From the NCBI RefSeq assembly GCF_001598795.1, contig NZ_BCZP01000010.1, forward strand, positions 180,001 through 212,000: a DNA stretch of 32,000 bases, given 5' to 3'. Of this stretch, positions 17,962 through 25,307 are shown piece by piece. Both the position numbers and the translations under genes were made by a program. Origin of the DNA: Delftia acidovorans NBRC 14950 (GTDB lineage Bacteria > Pseudomonadota > Gammaproteobacteria > Burkholderiales > Burkholderiaceae_C). The notes beneath the pieces are model-generated. The model was given only the letters and a program-made list of their open reading frames with translations, was not told the DNA's origin and made no database searches. Position 1 is the stretch's first letter; every line of letters starts with the position of its first letter.

Positions 17962-18827
17962 ACCCCCTCGGCATCCACGCCCTTGTCTGGGCCGGCGACC
18001 TGTCGCCGGCCTCCACCCGCCATGTGATCGAGCGGACGCGCCAGGCCGGTTACGACCTGGTCGAGCTGTCCCTGCACGGCCCCCGGCTCATGGACCTGGC
18101 GCTCACGCGTGATCTGCTGCAGGAGCATGGCCTGGGCGTAGGCTGCTCGCGCGGGCTGACCTTCGAGGCCGATGTCTCCAGCGAAGACCCCACCGTGGTC
18201 GCGCGCGGCCTGGCGCTGCTGCAAGAGGGCGTGGACATCACGGCGCGCCTGGGCGGGCGCTATTTCGGCGGCATCCTCTACGGCGCCATGGCGAAATACG
18301 GCCACCCGTGCACACCACAGGGCCGGCGCAACGCGATCGAGGCCGTGCGGCGCATTGCCGACTTCGCGGGCGAGCGCGGCGTCACGCTGGGCCTGGAGGT
18401 GGTCAACCGCTACGAAAGCAACCTGCTCAACACGGCCGAGCAGGCGCTGGAATTCATCGACGAAGTCGGCAAGCCCAATGTCTGCGTGCACCTGGACACC
18501 TACCACATGAACATCGAGGAAGCCGACCTGGCCGCGCCCGTGCTGGCCTGCGGCCAGCGGCTGGGCTACGTGCACATCGGCGAGAACCACCGCGGCTACC
18601 TGGGCGCGGGCCACATCGACTTCGCGCAGTTCTTCGGTGCGCTCGCGCAGATCGGCTACCAGGGCACCGTCACCTTCGAGAGTTTCTCGTCGGCCATCGT
18701 CAACGAGCAGTTGTCGAACGCGCTGGCCATCTGGCGCCCGATGTGGGAAGACGGCATGGACCTGGCCCTGCACGCACGCGGCTTCATGGCAGACGGGCTG
18801 GCCAGCGCGCAGCAGGCACGCGCATGA
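17958..18827 (+). CDS. Ketose 3-epimerase family protein (D-psicose/D-tagatose 3-epimerase-like TIM barrel)
   Basis: ATGA overlap with the permease. LGLEVVNRYESNLLNTAEQALEFIDEVGKPNVCVHLDTYHMNIEE...YVHIGENHR...TVTFESF aligns by eye with my recollection of Agrobacterium D-psicose 3-epimerase (IEVLNRFENHVLNTA...MLDTFHMNIEE...HFHTGECNR...IMEPF). All four metal ligands (Glu, Asp, His, Glu) are in place. Confidence 0.8.
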   Translation: MNPLGIHALVWAGDLSPASTRHVIERTRQAGYDLVELSLHGPRLMDLALTRDLLQEHGLGVGCSRGLTFEADVSSEDPTVVARGLALLQEGVDITARLGGRYFGGILYGAMAKYGHPCTPQGRRNAIEAVRRIADFAGERGVTLGLEVVNRYESNLLNTAEQALEFIDEVGKPNVCVHLDTYHMNIEEADLAAPVLACGQRLGYVHIGENHRGYLGAGHIDFAQFFGALAQIGYQGTVTFESFSSAIVNEQLSNALAIWRPMWEDGMDLALHARGFMADGLASAQQARA

Positions 18828-19465
18828 CGGCCATCCTGCCGCCCGAAGCCCTGGCGCGTGCGTTTGCGCTGGCGCGCCCCGGCCCCCGACGCCTGCTGGG
18901 CCTGACGGGCCCGCCCGGCGCAGGCAAGAGCACGGCCTGCGCCGCCCTGCTGCAGGCGCTGGGCCCGCTGACGGCGGCCGTGCCCATGGACGGCTTCCAC
19001 CTGGCGCAGTCCGCGCTGGAGCGCCTGGGCCGTGCACAGCGCAAGGGCGCGCCCGACACCTTCGACTCGGCCGGCTACGTGGCCCTGCTGCGCCGCCTGC
19101 GCGCGCCCGTGGCCGGTGAAACGGTCTACGCCCCCGAATTCCGGCGCGCCATCGAGGAGCCCATTGCAGGCGCCATCGCCATCGCGCCCGGCGTGCCCCT
19201 GGTCATCACCGAAGGCAATTACCTGCTGATGGATGAACAGGATGCGCCGGGCACGCACTGGCATGCCGTGCACACGCTGCTGGACGAGGTCTGGTACGTG
19301 GACATGGACGACCGCCTTCGCATCGAACGCCTGACCCGCCGCCACGAACTCCACGGCCGCAGCCCCCAGGCCGCACGCGACTGGGTGGCGCAGGTGGACG
19401 AGCCCAATGCGCGCCGCATTGCGGCAACGCGGGGGCGGGCGGATTGGGTGTTGCGCTGGGGGTGA
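18824..19465 (+). CDS. P-loop nucleoside/sugar kinase family protein (FrcK-like, uridine kinase/PRK fold)
   Basis: ATGA overlap with the epimerase. P-loop GLTGPPGAGKST, then MDGFH and ITEGNYLL blocks as in FrcK-type kinases linked to fructose ABC transporters in rhizobia. Substrate unknown. Confidence 0.7.
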   Translation: MTAILPPEALARAFALARPGPRRLLGLTGPPGAGKSTACAALLQALGPLTAAVPMDGFHLAQSALERLGRAQRKGAPDTFDSAGYVALLRRLRAPVAGETVYAPEFRRAIEEPIAGAIAIAPGVPLVITEGNYLLMDEQDAPGTHWHAVHTLLDEVWYVDMDDRLRIERLTRRHELHGRSPQAARDWVAQVDEPNARRIAATRGRADWVLRWG

Positions 19466-19487
19466 GGCTGCCGGACACAGCCCCCGC

Positions 19488-21089
19488 TCAGAACGCCACC
19501 ACGCCCCCATCCTTGCGCGGGTCCGATCCGCCGATGTAGTGGTCGCCGTCGCGCAGCACCAGTTGTGCGCCGCCGAAGGCGAAGACGCCATGGCCTTCCT
19601 CGATCGTGACTTCGTGGCCGCGTGCGCGCAGGGCGGCGACGACCTCGGCGTCGAAGGCCGGCTCCACGGCCACGCCCTTGCCGCCCGTCACGCGCCAGCG
19701 CGGTGCGTCGGCGGCGGCCTGGGGGTTCTGGCCGTAGCGCAGCACGCGCAGGGCCATCTGCAGGTGGCCCTGGCTCTGCATGGGGCCGCCCATCACGCCG
19801 AAGGCCATCTGGGGCGTGCCGTCGGCGTTCATCGCAAAGGCCGGGATGATGGTGTGCGAGGGGCGCTTGCGCGGCGCGACCTCGTTGGCATGGCCGGCTT
19901 GCGTGGTGAAGCCGTGGCCGCGGTTTTGCAGGCTGATGCCGGTGCCCGGCACGACCACGCCCGAGCCGAAGCCCATGTAGTTGGACTGGATGAACGAGAC
20001 CATCATGCCGCTGGCATCGGCCGACGCCAGGTAGACCGTGCCGCCGGGGCGCGGGGCGCCGTAGGTGGGCGCGCTGGCGCGCTCGCGGTCAATGAGCGCC
20101 GCGCGTTCGCGCAGGTAGCCGGCGTCCAGCAGATGGGCGGATTCGACGCGCATGTGGTCGCCGTCGGCGTTGTATTCGTGCAGGTCGGCCAGGGCCAGCT
20201 TCATGGCCTCGACCTGCAGGTGCACGGACTCCACGCCGTCCAGCGGCTCGGCGCCCACGCCCAGTGCGTCCAGCATGCCCAGCGCCATCAGCGCGGCAAT
20301 GCCCTGGCCGTTGGGCGGGATCTCGTGGATCACCGAGTCGCCAAAGGTCTGCGACACCGTGCCGACCCAGTCGGCCTGGTGGGCGGCCAGGTCGGCCTCG
20401 GTCATGGCGCCGCCGCAGGCCTTGGCGTGCTCGGCCATCGAGCGCGCCAGTGCGCCACGGTAGAAGGATTCGCCCTTGGTGGCGGCGATCTCCTCCAGCG
20501 TGCGCGCATGGGCTTCGCTGCGGAAGACCTCGCCCGCCTTCGGGGCCTTGCCATCGGGCAGGAAGCATTCGGCAAAACCGGGCTGGTCGCCGAGCTTGGC
20601 TCCGCCCAGCGCCCACAGCGTGGCGATGGTGGGCGAGACCGCAAAGCCGTCGCGCGCATAGCGGATGGCGGGCTGGGCCAGTTGCTCGAACGGCAGCTTG
20701 CCGAAGCGGCGCGACAGCTCCACCCAGGCCGAGACGGCGCCGGGCACGGTGACGGCGTTCCAGCCCTTCTCGGGGATGCCGCCCAGCGCGGCGAAGTACT
20801 CGGGCGTCCAGGCTTCGGGCGAGCGGCCCGAGGCATTGAGGCCGTGCAATTCCTTGCCATCCCACAGGATGCAGAAGGCATCGCTGCCCAGGCCGCAGCC
20901 CGTGGGCTCGACCACGGTCAGCGCCATGGCCGTGGCAATGGCCGCATCCACGGCATTGCCGCCGGCCAGCAGCATGGCCAGGCCGGCCTGCGCGGCCAGC
21001 GGCTGCGAGGTGGAGACCATGTTGCGGCCCAGCACCGAAGAGCGGTGCGAGGCGTAGGGAAGTGTCCAGTCCTTGATGGTGCTTGTCAT
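19488..21089 (-). CDS. Gamma-glutamyltransferase family protein, no signal peptide (cytoplasmic YwrD/acylase-like subgroup)
   Basis: 533 aa. Motifs GGNAVDAAIA, the autoprocessing-site-like PGGTVYLASAD, FGSGVVVPGTGI and GVMGGPMQSQG. No N-terminal signal sequence is visible. Confidence 0.85.
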   Translation of the reverse strand: MTSTIKDWTLPYASHRSSVLGRNMVSTSQPLAAQAGLAMLLAGGNAVDAAIATAMALTVVEPTGCGLGSDAFCILWDGKELHGLNASGRSPEAWTPEYFAALGGIPEKGWNAVTVPGAVSAWVELSRRFGKLPFEQLAQPAIRYARDGFAVSPTIATLWALGGAKLGDQPGFAECFLPDGKAPKAGEVFRSEAHARTLEEIAATKGESFYRGALARSMAEHAKACGGAMTEADLAAHQADWVGTVSQTFGDSVIHEIPPNGQGIAALMALGMLDALGVGAEPLDGVESVHLQVEAMKLALADLHEYNADGDHMRVESAHLLDAGYLRERAALIDRERASAPTYGAPRPGGTVYLASADASGMMVSFIQSNYMGFGSGVVVPGTGISLQNRGHGFTTQAGHANEVAPRKRPSHTIIPAFAMNADGTPQMAFGVMGGPMQSQGHLQMALRVLRYGQNPQAAADAPRWRVTGGKGVAVEPAFDAEVVAALRARGHEVTIEEGHGVFAFGGAQLVLRDGDHYIGGSDPRKDGGVVAF

Positions 21090-21107
21090 GTCTCGATGGG
21101 GAAAAGG

Positions 21108-22115
21108 TTAGTCAAGAGTGATTTTGTTTTCTTTGATGACCTGCGCCCAGCGGACGCTGTCGGCCTGCACCATGGCAGCGAACTGCGCGGGCGTGCGGGG
21201 CGATGCGGCCTCCACGCCCTGCTTGGCCAGGCTGGCCACCACCTCGGGATTCTGGATGGCCTTGTTGAAGGCCTGATTGATCCGCGCCACCAGCTCGGGC
21301 TTCATGCCGGCCGGACCATAGACGCCGAACCAGGTGACCGAAGAATAGCCAGGCAGGCCGGACTCGGCCACCGTGGGCAGGTCGGGCGCCAGCGCGCTGC
21401 GCTTGTCGCCGGTCACGGCCAGTGCGCGCAGGCGGCCGCTGGCCACATGGGGCATGCCGGTGGGAATGGAGTCGAACAGCAGGTGCACCTGGCCAGCGGC
21501 CAGGTCGGTGATGGACTGGGCCGTGCCCTTGTAGGGCACATGGGTCAGCTGCAGGCCCGCGCGTGCCGCGAAGGCCGCCGCGTTCAGGTGGACGATGGTG
21601 CCGTTGCCGCTGCTGGCGTAGTTGAGGGCGCCCGGATGGGCCTTGGCATAGGTGATCAGCTCCTGCACATTGCGCACGGGCAGCGAGGGCGTGACCAGCA
21701 GGATGCTGGCCGCGCCGCCGATCTCGGCAATGGGCGTGAAATCCTTGTCGGCCTTGTAGGCCAGACGGGTCATCAGATGCGGCGAGATGGCATGCGTGCT
21801 GCTGGTGGTGAACAGCAGCGTGTAGCCGTCCGGCGAGGCCTTGGCGGCCTCGCCCGTGCCGATGGTGCCGCCCGCGCCGGGGCGGTTGTCGATGACCAGC
21901 TGCTGGCCCAGGTCCTGGGACATGCGCTGCGCCACCACGCGCGCCACGAGGTCGGTGGCGCCGCTGGCCGGAAAGGGCACGACCAGGCGCACCGGGTGCG
22001 AGGGCCAGGACGCCTGGCCCTGTGCCACGGCGGGCAGGGCGATGGCGCCAGCCAGGGCACAGGCTGCAGCCACGATGGCGCGGCGTGGAAGTAAAACGCT
22101 GGGCAATGCCTTCAT
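21108..22115 (-). CDS. Bug-family (TctC-like) periplasmic substrate-binding protein, first gene of an operon with the GGT-like gene
   Basis: ATG at 22115 with AGGAG upstream; the longer track ORF to 23267 is antisense to the LysR gene. Signal peptide AACALAGAIALPAVAQG. Blocks HPVRLVVPFPASGATDLVARV, VIDNRPGAGG, PDGYTLL, VPYKGTAQSITDLAAGQV. 18-nt gap to the GGT start. Confidence 0.9.
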   Translation of the reverse strand: MKALPSVLLPRRAIVAAACALAGAIALPAVAQGQASWPSHPVRLVVPFPASGATDLVARVVAQRMSQDLGQQLVIDNRPGAGGTIGTGEAAKASPDGYTLLFTTSSTHAISPHLMTRLAYKADKDFTPIAEIGGAASILLVTPSLPVRNVQELITYAKAHPGALNYASSGNGTIVHLNAAAFAARAGLQLTHVPYKGTAQSITDLAAGQVHLLFDSIPTGMPHVASGRLRALAVTGDKRSALAPDLPTVAESGLPGYSSVTWFGVYGPAGMKPELVARINQAFNKAIQNPEVVASLAKQGVEAASPRTPAQFAAMVQADSVRWAQVIKENKITLD

Positions 22116-22200
22116 GGGCACACTCCTGGACAGGGGTTGGACGGCTGCAGCCGCTGCTCCCCAGCAACGCCGCAACAGGCCATCGTAGAACCCTCGCCCC

Positions 22201-22249
22201 TTTGCCGCCATCAGCAAATTTGCAAACCTGCGTTGCCTCTGCGGCAAAT
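22201..22249. promoter_or_regulatory. Cluster of GCAAAT/ATTTGC half-sites plus TTTGCCGC-N32-GCGGCAAA inverted repeat; candidate LysR operator region
   Basis: Perfect 10-bp palindrome GCAAATTTGC at 22214-22223. A further GCAAAT at 22244-22249. 8-bp arms at 22201-22208 and 22241-22248. All lie between divergent starts 22115 (-) and 22269 (+). Confidence 0.3.
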
Positions 22250-22268
22250 TGATGACAATCGGGGCGAC

Positions 22269-23189
22269 ATGCCCGACGCCCGCCACCTTCTTTTGCAGGA
22301 CACCGCGCTGCGCTACTTCCACGAAGTGGCGCAATGCGGATCGCTGACCGAGGCCTCGGCGCGGCTGCATGTGGCGGCCTCGGCCATCAGCCGCCAGATC
22401 GCGGCGCTGGAGGGGCTGCTGGGCACGCCGCTGTTCGAACGCCACCCGCGCGGCATGGTGCTCAATGCGGCCGGGGAGATCCTGGCCGACCATGTGCGCC
22501 GCGCCGGCCTGGATGCCGAGCGCGCGCTGGGCGAGATCGAGGCCCTGCAGGGGCTGCGCAGCGGCCGCGTGCGCATCGCAAGCTCCGACGCCTTTGCCAA
22601 CGAGTTCCTGCCGCGCCTGTGCGCAGCGTTCCAGCGCGCGCATGCCGGCATCGTCTTCGAGGTGATGGTGCTGCCCACGCCTGCCGTGCCAGAGGCCGTG
22701 CGCAGCGGCACGGCCGACATCGGCCTGTGCTTCAGCCGCGCGCCTGAAAAAGGCATTGCCGTGGCCTGCCGCGTGGCGGCGCCGCTGGTGGCCCTGGTCG
22801 CACCCGGCCATGCCTTGGCCCAGGCGCGCCGCCTGTCGCTGGCCCAGTTGGTACGCCACCCCCTGGCACTCACACCGGCCGATACTGCCGTGCGCCAGCT
22901 GCTGGACGCGGCCTGCAGCCGCCAGGGCCTGATGCTGATGCCGGTGATGGAGAGCAATCACGGCAAGACCCTGCTGAACTTTGCAGCCCAGGGCGCCGCC
23001 GTGGCCGTGGCCAGCGAGATCGCCGCGCGCCACATGGTGGCCACAGGCGCACTGGTGGCCGTGGCGCTCAGCGACCGGGGCATGGACCTGCGCGACATCG
23101 AGGTGCAGACCCTGGCCGGCCGCACGCTGCCGCATGCGGCGCAGTCCTTCCTGGAAATGCTGCAGCTGCGGTTGCCCGGTCCCTGGTAA
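22269..23189 (+). CDS. LysR-family transcriptional regulator, divergent from the Bug-GGT operon
   Basis: ATG at 22269 (M45 of track ORF 22137-23189). HTH: LRYFHEVAQCGSLTEASARLHVAASAISRQIAALEGLLGTPLFER. Confidence 0.85.
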   Translation: MPDARHLLLQDTALRYFHEVAQCGSLTEASARLHVAASAISRQIAALEGLLGTPLFERHPRGMVLNAAGEILADHVRRAGLDAERALGEIEALQGLRSGRVRIASSDAFANEFLPRLCAAFQRAHAGIVFEVMVLPTPAVPEAVRSGTADIGLCFSRAPEKGIAVACRVAAPLVALVAPGHALAQARRLSLAQLVRHPLALTPADTAVRQLLDAACSRQGLMLMPVMESNHGKTLLNFAAQGAAVAVASEIAARHMVATGALVAVALSDRGMDLRDIEVQTLAGRTLPHAAQSFLEMLQLRLPGPW

Positions 23190-23625
23190 CCGGAGGGCAT
23201 CGCGGGCAGCGCCCGCCAGACACCACGGAAACAGGGCAGGCCAGAAAAGAGACCACAGTCCGAACATGGGCGGAGGGGCAAAACTCGGAAAGCTCCGGTT
23301 TTTACTGCCCTGCAGACCCGTGATTCATCCATCGCCCTGATCGGTCCACCGAAGACGGGAGCGGATCGGGCATGAATCGGATAGGACTACTCTGATTCTG
23401 ACTCAGCCGATTCGGATTCTCCTGCGCGACCGGACAGCCAGCCGCCGGCGCCGTTCCTATCATTCGCATCTCTGTCGCCGGGCTTCCTTTACGGAACCCC
23501 TTGACTCCCGCTCCTGAATGAATACACGGACAACCCGGCCATCGCCGGACCTGCAAACAAGAGGCAAGGCATGTACACGAACCAGACCGGAGGGCGCAAG
23601 CGGCAATTGCAGCGGGAGGCACAGC

Positions 23626-24294
23626 ATGGATGAGCGAACCGAACTGACCTTCATGCTGCATGGCCTGTCGGACCGCGACGCCAAGCTGTTCCGCTCCTAT
23701 GTGCTGATGGTGAATCACCGCACACGGCACCGCTGGACGTGGCGCGAATCCCAGGCGGACATGACGGTGGCGCATGGCGAACTGGCCGAAGCGCCTGCCG
23801 CCCCGCCCGCGTTGACGCTGCGCGTGGGCGGGCAGCCCAAGGGGGCCTTTCCTGCGGGCGGTCATCTGAGCATGCCCCTGCGCGCCGATGCGCTGGAGGA
23901 ATGCCTCAACACCATGGGCGCACGCATCCTGTCGGTGCACGGCAAACCGGCCAGCGCCAAGGCACACGCCAGCGGCCTGCACACGCAGCATCAGCTGATG
24001 CTGCTGCAGCTGCGGCGCTGGCCGTCGCCGCAACTGCTGACGAGATCCCACCATATCCGCCTGGCCACCTTGCTGACAGGCCAGCCCACGACGATGCAGA
24101 CCCTGTGCCAGCGCTCGGGCCTGCCGCCCGAGATCTGTGCCGGTTTTCTGAACGAGCTGGACGCCGCCGGCCTGCTGCGCTGGGCCTCGGCCCGCCCGCC
24201 CGCCGCACCGCCCCCCGGCAACCCTGCGCCGGACAGGGGCGTGCTCGAACGCATACGCCTTCGCCTGGCCCGGTTTGCAGGAGCGCGCCCATGA
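23626..24294 (+). CDS. Hypothetical protein (222 aa) with a C-terminal winged-helix-like segment; first gene of the GTPase/Roadblock cluster (CvnC/DUF742-like only by loose resemblance)
   Basis: ATG at 23626 with GGGAGG 6 nt upstream. Its stop overlaps the GTPase start (ATGA). C-terminal IRLATLLTGQPTTMQTLCQRSGLPPEICAGFLNELDAAGLL reads like a wHTH. I recognise no other motif. Confidence 0.6.
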   Translation: MDERTELTFMLHGLSDRDAKLFRSYVLMVNHRTRHRWTWRESQADMTVAHGELAEAPAAPPALTLRVGGQPKGAFPAGGHLSMPLRADALEECLNTMGARILSVHGKPASAKAHASGLHTQHQLMLLQLRRWPSPQLLTRSHHIRLATLLTGQPTTMQTLCQRSGLPPEICAGFLNELDAAGLLRWASARPPAAPPPGNPAPDRGVLERIRLRLARFAGARP

Positions 24295-24839
24295 GCGAAC
24301 TCAAGATCCTGATTTCCGGCCCTCCAGGCGCAGGCAAGACCACGGCCATCCGCTGCGTCAGCGAGATCGCCCCCGTGAGCACCGACGTGCGCAACACCGA
24401 TGACACCCTGGACAAGGCGCTGACGACGGCCGGCATGGACTATGGCGAGCTGACCCTGGACAACGGCGAGAAGCTGTACCTCTACGGCACGCCCGGGCAG
24501 GAGCGCTTTGACTTCATGTGGCGCATCCTCTCGCGCGGCGCGCTGGGCGTGATCTTGCTGATCGACAACAGCCGCTCCGATCCGCTGGCCGACCTGGATA
24601 TCTATGTCCAGGGCCTGTCCGATGCCTTGCGCAGCACGGCATGCGTGGTGGCGGTATGCCGCATGCAGGAGTACACAGCGCCTGATCTGGACAGCTTTGC
24701 CGTGCACCTGCAATCGCGCGGCCTGCTGTGCCCCGTGGTGCCGGCCGATGTGCGCAACCCCCAGCAGGTGGTGGCCCTGATCGAGCTGTTGCTGCTGCAG
24801 ATTGAAGCCCTTGCCCAGGAGAAGTCCCATGAAGAATGA
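24291..24839 (+). CDS. Small P-loop GTPase of the prokaryotic Ras-like CvnD/MglA group (COG2229-type ATP/GTP-binding protein)
   Basis: 182 aa. G1 ISGPPGAGKTT. G3/switch II LYLYGTPGQERFDFMW followed by GALGVILLIDNSR, closely resembling the conservon CvnD consensus as I recall it. No canonical NKxD. Confidence 0.8.
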   Translation: MSELKILISGPPGAGKTTAIRCVSEIAPVSTDVRNTDDTLDKALTTAGMDYGELTLDNGEKLYLYGTPGQERFDFMWRILSRGALGVILLIDNSRSDPLADLDIYVQGLSDALRSTACVVAVCRMQEYTAPDLDSFAVHLQSRGLLCPVVPADVRNPQQVVALIELLLLQIEALAQEKSHEE

Positions 24840-25212
24840 CGCTGCCTTGAAGGCTGCAGCCCAGGCGGCGGTGCAGTCGCTGATGAGCAGGTTGCACGGC
24901 GTGCGTGGCTGCGTGGTCAGCACCGAGGACGGCTTCGAGGTGGCCGCCCGTGCGCAAGGCCAGGGCAGCACGGCGCGGCTGTCTGCAATGGCCAGCTCGA
25001 TGGCGGCGCTGGGCATGATCGCCGGCGAGGAGAACCAGCTCGGGCATTGCGCCAACGTGGTGGTCGAGGCGGCCGAGGGCTTCATCGTCATGCTGCAGGC
25101 ACAGCGCCCGGGCCTGACGCTGGTCATCAGCGTGGTGGCCTCGCGCGAGGCCGTTCTGGGCCAGGTTCTCTATGTCTCGCGCGAGGCCGTGCGGACGCTG
25201 GAACAAGCGTGA
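24829..25212 (+). CDS. Roadblock/LC7 (MglB/CvnB-like) domain protein, copy 1
   Basis: ATG at 24829 with AGGAG at 24818-24822; overlaps the GTPase 3' end by 11 nt. Pattern LMSRLHGVRGCVVSTEDGFEVAA...RLSAMASSMAALGMIAGEE..LG...VVVEAAEGFIVM...LTLVISVVAS...LGQVLY is typical of Roadblock/LC7. Confidence 0.75.
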   Translation: MKNDAALKAAAQAAVQSLMSRLHGVRGCVVSTEDGFEVAARAQGQGSTARLSAMASSMAALGMIAGEENQLGHCANVVVEAAEGFIVMLQAQRPGLTLVISVVASREAVLGQVLYVSREAVRTLEQA

Positions 25213-25307
25213 TGGCAAAGGCAGGCAAGGGCTGCTCATATGCATCCGGCAAGAAGGCACCGCGAAGGTGCAGAACATTTTCGCAACACAAGGGAGTTAG
25301 GAAAACA

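Noticed and set aside
19407-22094. 895-aa plus-strand ORF covering the GGT and Bug genes
   Set aside because: It is antisense to two genes with clear family motifs. It has low-complexity Ala/Gly/Arg/His content and no SD or motif. GC-driven shadow ORF.
22116-23267. N-terminal extension of the Bug ORF (track ORF 21108-23267, 719 aa)
   Set aside because: The extension is antisense to the LysR gene. The Bug homology, including the signal peptide, starts at the ATG at 22115, which has its own AGGAG.
23275-23298. GGGGCAAAACTCGGAAAGCTCCGG, which superficially recalls the 5' half of a c-di-GMP-I (GEMM) riboswitch (GGCAAA...GAAA tetraloop)
   Set aside because: The obligatory GGACGCAAAGCC core and the second hairpin are absent downstream. 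More likely this is a small hairpin plus T5 that weakly terminates the LysR transcript.
25212-25307. In-frame upstream ATG (TGATG overlap with Roadblock copy 1) that would extend Roadblock copy 2 by 32 aa
   Set aside because: The extra codons are lower in GC and rich in codons rare for this genome (AGA, AGG, TCA, TTT, ACA). A proper SD precedes the ATG at 25308. I kept it as an alternative in the findings because I cannot exclude it without data.
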